Shown here piece after piece: positions 12,600-22,800 of a DNA stretch of 52,312 nt. This stretch comes from Chiloscyllium plagiosum (lineage: Eukaryota), in assembly GCF_004010195.1 (NCBI RefSeq), contig NC_057750.1, positions 6,512,898 through 6,565,209 of the forward strand, in the 5' to 3' direction. The position numbers and the translations under genes were made by a program. The notes beneath the pieces were generated by a model that did no database searches, had not been told where the DNA came from, and worked only from the letters and a program-made list of their open reading frames with translations. Position 1 is the stretch's first letter; every line of letters starts with the position of its first letter.

Positions 12600-15115
12600 C
12601 AGTGGTTAGCACTATTGCCTCACGGCACCAGAGACCAGGGTTCGATTCCAGCCTCGGGTGACTGTCTGTCTGCAGTTTGCACATTCACCCTGTGTCTCCC
12701 TGTTTTCCTCCGGGTGCTCCGGTTTCCTTCCACAGTCCAAAGATGTGCAGGTTAGGGTGGATTGGCCGTGCTAAATTGTCCCATAGTGCCCAGGGATGTG
12801 CAGGTTAGGGTGGGTTGGCCGTGTTAAATTGTCCCATAGTGCACAGGGATGTGCAGGTTAGGGTGGATAGGCCATGCTAAATTGTCCCATAGTGCCCAGG
12901 GATATGCAGGTTAGGATGGATGGCCATGCTAAATTGTCCTATAGTGCCCAGGGATGTGCAGGTTAGGGTGGATTGGCCGTGCTAAATTACGCATAGTGTC
13001 TAGGGATGTGCATGTTAAGGTGGATTGGCCATGCTAAATTGTCCCATAGTGCCCAGGGATGTGTAGGTTAGGGTGGATTGGACATGCTAAATTATCCCAT
13101 TGTGTCCAGGGATGTGTAAGTTAGGGTGGATTGGCCGTGCTAAATTGTCCCATAGTGCCCAGGGATGTGCAGGTTAGGGTGGATTGGCCGTGCTAAATTG
13201 TCCCATAGTGTCCAGGGATGTGTAGGTTAGGGTGGATTGGACATGCTAAATTATCCCATAGTGTCCAGGGATGTGTAAGTTAGGGTGAATTGGCCGTGCT
13301 AAATTGTCCCATAGTGTCCAGGGATGTGTAGGTTAGGGTGGATTGGCCGTGCTAAATTGTCCCATAGTGCCCAGGGATGTGCAGGTTAGGGTGGATTGGC
13401 CGTGCTAAATTGCCCCATAGTGCCCAGGGGTGTGCAGGTTAGGGTGGATTTGCCGGGCTAAATTGTCCCATAGTGCCCAGGGATGTGCATGTTAGGGTGG
13501 ATTGGCCGTGCTAAATTGTCCCATAGTACCCAGGTATGTGCAGGTTAGGGTGGATAGGCCATGCTAAATTGTCCCATAGTGCCCAGGGATGTGCAGGTTG
13601 GGGTGGATAGGCCATGCTAAATTGTCCCATAGTGCCCAGGGATGTGCATATTAGGGTGGATTGGCCGTGCTAAATTGTCCCATAGTGTCCAGGGATGTGT
13701 AGGTTAGGGTGGATTGGCTGGGCTAAATTGTCCCATAGTGTCCAGGGATGTGTAGGTTAGGGTGGATTGGCCGTGCTAAATTGTCCCATACTGCCCAGGG
13801 ATGTGTAGATTAGGGTGGATTGGCCGTGCTAAATTGTCCCATAGTGTCTAGGGATGTGCATGTTAGGGGGGATTGGCCGTGCTAAATTACCCCATAGTGT
13901 CTAGGGATGTGCATGTTAGGGTGGATTGGCAGTGCTAAATTACCCCATAGTGTCCAGGGATGTGCAGGTTAGGGTGGATTGGCCCTGCTAAATTGCCCCA
14001 TAGTGTCCAGTGATGTGTACGTTAGGGTGGATTGGCCATGCTAAATTGTCCCATCGTGCCCAAGGATGTGCAGGTTAGGGTGGATTGGCCATGCTAAATT
14101 GTCCCATAGTGTCCAAGGATGTGCTGGTTAGGGTGGATTGGCCATGCTAAATTGTCCCATAGTGTCCAGGGATGTGCAGGTTAGGGTGGATTGTCTGTGC
14201 TAAATTGTCCTATAGTGTCCAGGGATGTGCAGGTTAGGGTGGATTTGCCATGCTAAATTACCCCATAGTGCCCAGGGATGTGCAGGTTAGGGTGGATTGG
14301 CCATGCTAAATTGTCCCATAGTGTCCAGGGATGTGCAGGTTAGGGTGGATAGGCCATGCTAAATTACCCATAGTGTCTAGGGATGTGCATGTTCGGGTGG
14401 ATTGGCCATGTTAAATTGCCCCATAGTGCCCAGGGATCTGCAGGTTAGGGTGGATTGGCAGTGCTAAATTACCCCATAGTGTCCAGGGATGTGGAGGTTA
14501 GGGTGGATTGGCCGTGCTAAATTGTTCTATAGTGTCCAGGGATGTGTAGGTTAGGGTGGATTGTCCGTGCTAAATTGTCCCATAGTGACCAGGGATGTGT
14601 AGGTTAGGGTGGATTGGCCGTACTATATTGTCCTATAGTGTCCGGGGATGTGTAGGTTAGGGTGGATAGGCCATGCTAAATTGTCCCATAGTGTCCAGGG
14701 ATGTGTAGGTTAGGGTGGATTGGCCATGCTAAATTGTCCCATAGTGTCTAGGGATGTGCATGTTAGGGTGGATTGGCCATGCTAAATTGCCCCTTGGTGC
14801 CCAGGGAAGTGCAGGTTAGAGTGGATTGGCCGTGCTAAATTGCCCCATAGTGCCCAGGGATGTGCAGGTGAGGGTGAATTGGCCGTGCTAAATTGCCCCA
14901 TAGTGCCCAGGGATGTGCAGGTTAGAGTGGATTGGCCGTGCTAAATTGCCGCATAGTGCCCAGGGATGTGCAGGTTAGAGTGGATTGGCCGTGCTAAATT
15001 ACCCAATAGTGCCCAGGGATGTGTAGGTTAGGTGGGTTAGCCATGCGAAATGTGGGATTACAGGGAGACGGTGGATCTGGGTGAGATGATCTTCGGAGGG
15101 TCAGAACAGACTCAG
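12600..15115 (+). mobile_element. HE1 SINE with massively expanded internal repeat
   Basis: tRNA-derived head and V-domain at 12600-12741, then the array, then the normal HE1 3' part. Confidence 0.85.
12742..15045 (+). repeat. 53-bp minisatellite, about 43 copies
   Basis: Unit GATGTGCAGGTTAGGGTGGATTGGCC(A/G)TGCTAAATTGTCCCATAGTG(C/T)CCAGG; period 53 measured from 12742 to 12795. Confidence 0.95.
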
Positions 15116-15769
15116 AGAGTTTATTGACCTGCTCAGTCTCACAGCTCCCATCCCATGTCCATTATCACAGCTTCTCCCCACATGTCATGGGGTGGAAGAA
15201 ATGAATAGATCTGTCGCCTCAGTGGCTTGGCCGTAGTGTCCAATGGTGTCTGTCTGCACCGTCGGGATCCTATGATCTGTCCTTTTATCCTGTAACGTTC
15301 TAGCGAGCATCAGAAATGTGTCTGTTTGGATGCATGGTGATAAACTTTGGAAGCAGGGCTCCCTTTTGAGAAATATTCCATCTCGCCGATTACAGAGGGA
15401 GAGGGGAGCAGTTGTTCAGAACAACGGTTCTGGATGGAGTGTGAGATAAATAATCTTTTAATTGTGTCCCTTTTGGCTTGAAATTGTTAAACCTCCCCTG
15501 CTTGGATCCTGCAAAACCTTTTCCCTACCTGCACTTTGGACAGGGTGAGGGGGTGTGGTATCACATGGTAACTGTTGTTAAATTCTCATTCATCACCTCC
15601 TCGAGTTTTCTTTTACTTAATCACGGCGCGTTGTCCTCACTGGCTAGTCACTTATTTCCAAGGGGGCAGTTGAGACTCAAACCCATCGCTGTGGGCCTGG
15701 AGTCACGTGTAGGCCCAGACCAGGTAAAGTTGGCAGATTTCCTTCCCTAAAGGGCATGAGTGAACATGG

Positions 15770-16490
15770 AGCACAGAACAGGACAGGCCCTTCAGCCCAC
15801 AAGGTTGTGCCCAACATTTATCTTAATCTATGATCAACCTAACCTTCACACCCCTCAATTTACCGCCGTCCATGTGCATGTCCATCAGTCGCTTAAATGT
15901 CCCTAATGTCTCTGACTCTATTCCCACCGCATCCCACACACCCACCACTCTCGGTGTAAAGAGCCAACCTCTGACATCACCCCTAAACCTTCCTCCAATC
16001 ACATTAAAATTATGCCCCCCTCGTGACAGCCATTTCCGCCCTTGGAAAAAAGTCTCTGGCTGCCCACTCTATCTATGGCCCTCATTACCTTGTACACTTC
16101 TATCAAGTCACCTCTCATCCTTCTTCTCTCCACTGTGAAAAGCCCGAGCTCCCTCAGCCTTCTTTCATGAGACAAGCCCTCCAGTTCAGGCAGCATCCTG
16201 GTCAATCTCCTCTGCACCCTCTCTGAACCATCTACATCCTTCCTATAATGAGGCGACCAGAACTGGACACAATATTCCAAATGTGGTCTAACCAGGGCTC
16301 TACTGAGCTGCAGCACAACCTCACGGCTCTTAAACTCAACCTAATGAAAGCCAACACACCATACGCTTTCTTAACAACCCTATCAACTATGGACATGGAC
16401 CCCAAGATCCCTCTGTTCCTCCACACTGTCTTTACCCCTATATTCAGCATTCAAATTCCACCTTCCCAAATGAATCACTTCGCATTTATC
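15770..16490 (-). mobile_element. CR1-clade LINE 3' fragment
   Basis: LVRPHLEYCVQFWSPHYRKDV..ERVQRRLTRMLPEL..RRRMRGDLIEVYK. Confidence 0.9.
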
Positions 16491-16554
16491 CAGCTTGAAT
16501 CAGATGGGTAATTATCTGTGACAATGAAACCATTACTCTTGGTTTTACGCAATA

Positions 16555-16762
16555 AGGAGCTTCGGAGGTTGAGGGGGTGACCTTATGGAGGTTGGAGAGG
16601 AGCATGGAGAGGGTAAATAGACAAAGTCTTTTCCCTGGGGTGGGGGAGTCCAGAACTAGAAGGTTTAGGGTGAGAGGGGAAAGATTTAAAAGGGGCAACT
16701 TTTTCACACAGAGGGTGGTGCGTGTATGGAATGAGCTGCCAGAGGAAGTGATGGAGGCTGGA
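16555..16762 (+). mobile_element. CR1-clade LINE fragment
   Basis: GESRTR..GNFFTQRVVRVWNELPEEV. Confidence 0.8.
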
Positions 16763-17061
16763 CTTTAATCAGAAGTCACACGACACTTGGTTATCGTCCA
16801 ATTTGAAATCACAAACGTTCATCTGGTGAAGTCTTCTCATTTTGTCCAAGTCAGTCCAACACCGTCACCCGCACCATCCATGACTCTAATTCAGAGCCGA
16901 CTCCATTCCAACTTGGAAACGAGAAAGTCTTGGTTTTGAGAGGGCAGAAAGGACTTGGATAGGGATGGGAGGGGAAGCAACATGGGTCTTGATAATGAGG
17001 AGGGGGAGGTGGGCCGCGTGATCATTGTAGTTAGTATTCAGAGGCAAGCAATGGTACCTGC

Positions 17062-17098
17062 AATCTGATTATTTTTCAGGGACTCCAGCCCACCATGA
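17062..17098 (+). promoter_or_regulatory. Splice acceptor and Kozak context of the LRR gene
   Basis: ctgattatttttcag|G with AG at 17078-17079, 15 nt before the ATG in GCCCACCATGA. Confidence 0.7.
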
Positions 17099-19185
17099 AG
17101 AGACTGCTGTGGACCCTCACTGCCCTGGGGCTCACGCTGTGCCCACTGAGGTTCTGTTCCCCGCCCTCTGACCTCTGCCTGCCTTGCGAGTGCACCAGCG
17201 CCTCCCCCAGGGCGATGTGGTGCATCGAGAAGAATCTGGGAACGGTCCCGCGGACCATCCCACCCGACGTCGAGGAGCTGTTCCTGCAGCACAACAACAT
17301 CTCGGGTGTGGCGCCCACCCATTCCTGGGGGTCCCCCCTCCGCATCCTGGACTTCAGCCACAACCGGCTGGTCGCCGTGCCAACCGAAGCCCTGGCCTCC
17401 CTGCGTCAACTGAAGAAACTCTACCTGACCGGCAACTGGATAGCCACCTTGCTGCCCGGGTCCTTGAGCAACCTCACGAACCTTCAGGAGTTGCACCTGA
17501 GCGTCAACCGTCTTCAGGCTCTGAGCGCTGGCGCCTTCTCTGGCCTCTCCAATCTCCGGAGGCTCATGCTGAGTTTGAACAACATCACGAGCCTGGCCCC
17601 CGGTACCTTCGGTGCGCTCGGCCGCTTGGAGTTGCTGCAGTTGAACGGCAATCGGATTGTGACCATCCATCCCGGAGCTTTCAGGGGCCTTACTAACCTG
17701 AAGCAGCTCTACCTCCGAAGTAACACCATCCCGGCCTTGACCAAAGGAGCGTTAGACGGTCTTGACCAACTCCAGATCCTTAGTCTGAGCCACAACGACC
17801 TGCGTTCAGTGCCTGAGGAGGCCATGATGGACCTGAAGGGCTTGAAAGACCTTTACTTGAATAATAACGGCATCGCCTTCCTTCCCGAAGGGTTCCTGAT
17901 CCGATTCGAGAAGCTCGTCATTCTGGACCTCAGCAACAACAGACTGTCCACGTTGCCGGAAGGTGCACTCCTCGGCTTGGACAGGCTGAGGCTGCTAGAC
18001 CTGAGCTTCAATAACTTCAGCAGCCTCCCTCCTGGGGTATTCCGCCAACTGGGGAACCTGACCGTCCTGAACCTCTTCAACAACCACATCGACTCGCTGC
18101 CGGCGGCCATCTTTGAGGGCCTGGTCAACTTGAAGGAACTGCACCTGGACAACAACCGCATCTCGGCCCTCCCGCCCGAGTTGTTTCGGAGGCAGGCGGA
18201 GCTCAGGGAGCTCCAGCTGGACAATAACCAGCTCTCGGGCCTGCCCCAGGAGCTGTTTGCCAACCTGACCAACCTGCGGACCCTGTACCTCGACAGCAAT
18301 TGGCTGACCGCCGTCCCGGCGGCCATCTTCCGAGGCCTGGGGCACCTGAGGGAGCTCCAGATGGAGCAGAATGCTATTGACTTCCTCCCCGAGGGCGTCT
18401 TTGCTGGCCTGACGGAGCTGAGGGTCCTCCAGCTCAACCAGAACGCCCTCCGGTCTCTCCCCGGCAACGTCTTCGACGGGCTGGTCAACCTGAAGGAGCT
18501 GCAGCTCAGTAGTAACCAGCTATCTGCCATGTCTGAGGCCGTGTTCAGGAACCTCAGGAAGCTGAAAGAGTTGCATCTGGATGGCAACAGGCTGTCCTCC
18601 CTCCAACCTCTCATCTTCCAGGACCTTCAGAGGCTAGAGGACCTCCAATTACAGTTCAACCTTCTTCTCTCCCTCCCACCCCAGGTCTTCGCCCCACTCC
18701 GCAAGCTGAAGAAGCTGCAACTGCATAACAACCACCTTGCTGCCCTGCTCCCCGGAACCTTCCAGAAGCTGGAGAGCCTCCGGGAACTGCACCTGGATAG
18801 AAACGCCATCTCCTCTCTCCCTGCGGGCCTCTTCCAGAGCCTCTCCCGCCTCAGCCTGCTGCACCTGAACTTCAACAGGCTCCGTGACCTCAGCAGCGGC
18901 CTACTCGAGCCCCTGGTCAGGCTGGAGCAAATCCAGCTCCACGGCAACCCCTGGGCCTGCGACTGCCCATCCATCTTGTACCTCAGCCACTGGCTGGAGG
19001 ACCACCCCAAGGTGGTCCACGAGCCTGTCCAGTGTTCCTCAGACAGATCGCCGGTGGTGGCCGTGAGGAAGGCCTTCCCCTCCGTCCCTTCGCAATGCTC
19101 TTCTGCTTCCACTCCTGTCTTCTTCCGTCTGACAGCTGCCTCCTGCATCTGCTCCTGGCTTCTCCTCAGCACCTTGAGGCCGTGA
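17095..19185 (+). CDS. Extracellular leucine-rich-repeat protein, 696 aa (signal peptide, LRRNT, 23 LRRs, VLR-like LRRCT, probable GPI anchor); GP5/LRRC15/CPN2/GPIb-alpha/VLR-type architecture
   Basis: Uninterrupted GC-rich ORF; hydrophobic N-terminus; CxxCxC..C LRRNT; one 23-aa and 22 24-aa LxxLxLxxNxLxxLPxxxFxxL repeats; NPWxCxC LRRCT with 4 Cys; C-terminal SSAS plus hydrophobic tail with no cytoplasmic domain. Orthology is unresolved. Confidence 0.95.
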   Translation: MKRLLWTLTALGLTLCPLRFCSPPSDLCLPCECTSASPRAMWCIEKNLGTVPRTIPPDVEELFLQHNNISGVAPTHSWGSPLRILDFSHNRLVAVPTEALASLRQLKKLYLTGNWIATLLPGSLSNLTNLQELHLSVNRLQALSAGAFSGLSNLRRLMLSLNNITSLAPGTFGALGRLELLQLNGNRIVTIHPGAFRGLTNLKQLYLRSNTIPALTKGALDGLDQLQILSLSHNDLRSVPEEAMMDLKGLKDLYLNNNGIAFLPEGFLIRFEKLVILDLSNNRLSTLPEGALLGLDRLRLLDLSFNNFSSLPPGVFRQLGNLTVLNLFNNHIDSLPAAIFEGLVNLKELHLDNNRISALPPELFRRQAELRELQLDNNQLSGLPQELFANLTNLRTLYLDSNWLTAVPAAIFRGLGHLRELQMEQNAIDFLPEGVFAGLTELRVLQLNQNALRSLPGNVFDGLVNLKELQLSSNQLSAMSEAVFRNLRKLKELHLDGNRLSSLQPLIFQDLQRLEDLQLQFNLLLSLPPQVFAPLRKLKKLQLHNNHLAALLPGTFQKLESLRELHLDRNAISSLPAGLFQSLSRLSLLHLNFNRLRDLSSGLLEPLVRLEQIQLHGNPWACDCPSILYLSHWLEDHPKVVHEPVQCSSDRSPVVAVRKAFPSVPSQCSSASTPVFFRLTAASCICSWLLLSTLRP

Positions 19186-19189
19186 GACC

Positions 19190-20420
19190 AAAGCAGCAGA
19201 GGTAGGCCATCGAGCCTGCTCCACCATTCTGATCATCCCCAACCACATCTTCCTGCCTTTTCCCACGATTCCCCTTCCTGACTAAAAATCTCTCTCTCTC
19301 TCTCAGCCTTGAATGGCCCATCCTCGACAGCCCTCTGCGGTAAAGAACTCGACAGATTCCCTCCCCTCAGAGAGAAGGTATTCCTCCCCATCCCTGTCTT
19401 CAATGGATGGCCCCTTACTCTGAGATGGTGCCCCTTACTCTGGGATGGGGCCCCCCTGGGCCTCGACTCACCCACACGAGGGGAAACACCCTCCCCACAT
19501 CTCCCCCTGTCAAGCCCCCTCAGAATCTTGTACACTTCAATAGAGTCGCCTCTCATTCTCCTAAATCCCAATGAGGACAGGCCCGATGTACTCCCCCTCT
19601 CCTCCCAAGACACTCCCTCCAAACTTGGGATCAGCCGAGTGAACTCACCCACACGAGGGGAAACACCCTCCCCACATCTCCCCCTGTCAAGCCCCCTCAG
19701 AATCTTGTACACTTCAATACAGTCGTCTCTCATTCTCCTAAATCCCAATGAGGACAGGCCCGATGTACTCCCCCTCTCCTCCCAAGACACTCCCTCCAAA
19801 CTTGGGATCAGCCGAGTGAATTTTCTCTGGACTGCCTCCCATGCCGGGATATCTTCCCTTGGATAGTGGACCCCCGACTGTTCATTGTGTTCCAGCCGTG
19901 GTCTGACTGTAAGACATGGGAGCAGAAATTAGGCCATTCAGCCCATTGACTCTCCTCCGCCTTTCAGTTGTATATCATTTTAGAAAAACCTCCCTACGTT
20001 TGCACACAATTTCTTTCGAAGTCAAGGCGAGCATTTTATTACCCGTTACCCACTGAACTTGGATGCTAGCTCTCCGTGATTCGTGTGCAAGGATTCTCCA
20101 ATCCCTCTGGCCTGCAGCGTTCTGCAGTCTTTTAAACAATGGTCATCCCCTCCATTCTTCCTGGCAAACCTCACGGTTTAGCATAATTTACTGCCATCTA
20201 TGGAGGTTGTACCCACTCGCTTAACCCGTCTCTATCCCCCTGGGGAGGGGGGGGAAAGAGTCTGTATGTCACCCTCACCCAGTTCCTTTGGGTTATCTGC
20301 TAATTTCCTCCTTAAAGTTGTCCATAAATGTTGTAAATAAAAGTGACCACTGCACTGGTCCCTGTGCCACTCCATGTTCCCTTCTGAAAATGTCTCCCTT
20401 ATCCAAACACTGTTTCCTGT
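19190..20420 (-). mobile_element. Degraded CR1-clade LINE fragments directly after the LRR stop codon
   Basis: On the - strand: GFRRMRGDSIEVYKILRGLDR and GVAQGPVQWSLLFTTFMDN (decayed GVPQGSVLGP RT motif). Confidence 0.75.
19466..19820. repeat. 177-bp tandem duplication within the CR1 fragment
   Basis: actcacccacacgaggggaaac...gggatcagccgagtgaa starts at 19466 and 19643; the two copies are nearly identical. Confidence 0.95.
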
Positions 20421-21065
20421 TTGTTAACCAATCGCTTAACCAGCAGGAACAGCAGCACCTCATTTTCCGCCTGGGAATTCTTCTGGACTCAACGTCGAGT
20501 TTAACAGTTTTAGAGTCTGAGGTATCTTCCCCCATGTCTTCACCCCCAACCCCCACACGCCAAATCTTGTTATCACTCGGTCTGCGACAACCCATGGTTA
20601 ACCAAAACCTGGATATAGAGGGAAAACCAGGACAGAGAGAGAGCAAATCCTGGGACGGGGAGGTGGAAGGGAGAAAGTGAGCACTGCAGACGCTGGAGAT
20701 CGGAGTTGATGCTGGAAAAGCACAGCTGGTCAGGCAACATTCACTCTCCTGGCTAGTCGCCACTATCCACTCCTTTGTCTCTCTCTCTCTCTCTTTCTCT
20801 CTTTGGATTGTATTTCCACCCATCGTTTACCCCTTACTGCCTCCCACCCTCCCCCCAATCTTCTGCACAAAACCCAACCCTTTCCTAGCTACCATCGGTT
20901 CTGAGGAAGGGTCACTGGAACGGTAATTCTGGTTTCTCTCCACAGATGCCAACAGACCTGCTGAGCTTTCCCAGCAATTTCTGTGCTTGTTCCTTCTTTG
21001 TTTGGTTGTGTTTTGACTATGGTGTTTGAATAAATTGTGTTTTACTTTAACGCTGAGTGGTTTGG

Positions 21066-21192
21066 GAGAAAGTGAGGTCTGCAGATGCTGGAGGTCGGAG
21101 TCGAGAGTGTGGTGCTGGAAAAACACAGCAGGTCAGGCAGCATCCGAGGAGCAGGAGAGTCAACGTTTCGGACATAAGCCCTTCATCAGGAG
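21066..21192 (-). mobile_element. Penelope-like terminal repeat with hammerhead motif
   Basis: Reverse strand reads CCTGATGAAGGGCTTATGTCCGAAACGTTG. Confidence 0.7.
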
Positions 21193-21277
21193 TGAGGGGA
21201 ATAGTTTGACCAATTGAATTGTGTCTGGAACACGGCACCTGACATTTACCTTTAAAATAAGGAGAAAGGTCAGGTTC

Positions 21278-22800
21278 TAGGTTTTCCCTGGAGCGTCGGA
21301 GGCTGAGGGGTGACCTTATAGAGGTTGATAAAATCATGAGGGACATGGATAGGGGGAATAGACAAAGTCTTTTCCCTGGGGTTGGGGAGTCCAGAACTAG
21401 AGGGTATAGGTTTATGGACGGGTTGGACCGAAGGGTCTGTTTCCATGCTGTACATCTCTATGACACTATGACCATGGAGGGTGGGGGATGGGTGACTTGG
21501 AGTATAGCAACCTCTCAGTCAGAAGGGGTCTCTCTTTGAAATGAACCAAAGTGTTACACCCAGGGGAATGCTGGGTCGCGCCACCCTGGTGCTGACTAAC
21601 ATTGGCTCCCGTCTATCCAATGCCTTGCTTTTAAAATTCCCGGTATCCATCCATTGCCTCAATCCTGGAGAGGGTGCGGAGGAGATTTAATCAGGGTGTT
21701 GCCTGATCGTCACTGGAACGCAGGTGGTTGAGGTGAGGGGGAGGGAGTGCGACTTGAGAGAAGTCGGTAAGCTTGTGAATGGCATGGGAGATATGAGGCT
21801 GTTTCCCCAGGGTGTACTATCAGGGGACACAGGTTCAGGGATTGGGGTGGGTGGTGGGAGGGGCGTTTAACAGAGATGTGTGAGGCAGGGTTTTCACACA
21901 GAGGGTGGTGAGCACTTGGAACGTGTTGCCAGAGGAGACGGTAGAAGCAGACGGTGGATAGATTAAATTAGATTAGATTCACTACAGTGTGGAAACTGGC
22001 CCTTCGGCCCAAGCAGCCCACACCGACCCGGATACATGGATAGGAAGGGAATAGAAGGATACAGATCCCGGAAGTGAAGACAGTTTTAGTACAGAAGGCT
22101 GTAGAGGGCTGAAGGGCCTGTTCCCGTGCTGGATTGTTCATTGATCTTCGAGAGTTTCACTGATGAAGAGAGATTGGACAGACTGGGTTGTTTTCCTTAG
22201 AGCAGAGAAGATTGAGAGGGGGGACATGATTGAGATAAGACCAGATGACACAGGAACAGAAATTAGGCCATTCAGCCCATCTGCTCCGCCATTCAATCAT
22301 GGCAGATAGGTCTTTCAATCCCCATTCTCCCACTTTCACCCTGTAACCCCTGATCCTCTTGACAATCAAGAACCTATCTATCCCAGTCTTAAATATCCCC
22401 AATGACCCGGCCTCCACATCCTTCTGTGGCAGTGAGTTCCACACATTCCCCACACTCTGGCTGAAGACGTTTCTCCTTATCTCTGTTCTAAAGGGTCTTG
22501 CCTTCACTCTAAGGCCGTCACCTCGGGTCCGAGTCCCTCCGGCCAATGGGAACATCTTCCCAACCTCCACTCTGTCCAGGCGGTTCAGTATTCTGTACAT
22601 TTCGATCATATAAAATGATGAGGGGCGTTGACAGGGTAAAACAGGAAGGAACATTTCCCCTTGATGACGGAACCAATGACCAGGGAAGGGGCAGGACATT
22701 TCGAAGGGATTTAAGGGGAAGGTTTTCACATTTGGAGAGTGTTGGAAATCTGTAGGTCACTGGCGAGGGGCAGAACCCCTGGTAACATTGAAGTAATGTT
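21278..22800. mobile_element. Cluster of CR1-clade LINE 3' fragments in both orientations, with a short HE1 tail
   Basis: GDLIEV.K, GESRTRG and FRTEIRRNVFSQSVGNVWNSLPQK motifs; gattagattc HE1 tail at about 21960-22030. Confidence 0.7.

Noticed and set aside
12742..15045. CRISPR-like regular array
   Set aside because: The units are head-to-tail with no unique spacers, lie inside a SINE, and the DNA is vertebrate with no cas genes.
17038..19266. Long antisense and alternate-frame ORFs overlapping the LRR gene (e.g. 253 aa, 210 aa, 181 aa)
   Set aside because: These are expected shadows of a GC-rich, Leu(CTG/CTC)-rich repetitive CDS and show no domain features.
19233..19866. 185-188 aa ORFs with an internal 59-aa repeat
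   Set aside because: They come from decayed CR1 sequence with an in-frame 177-bp duplication, not a host gene.
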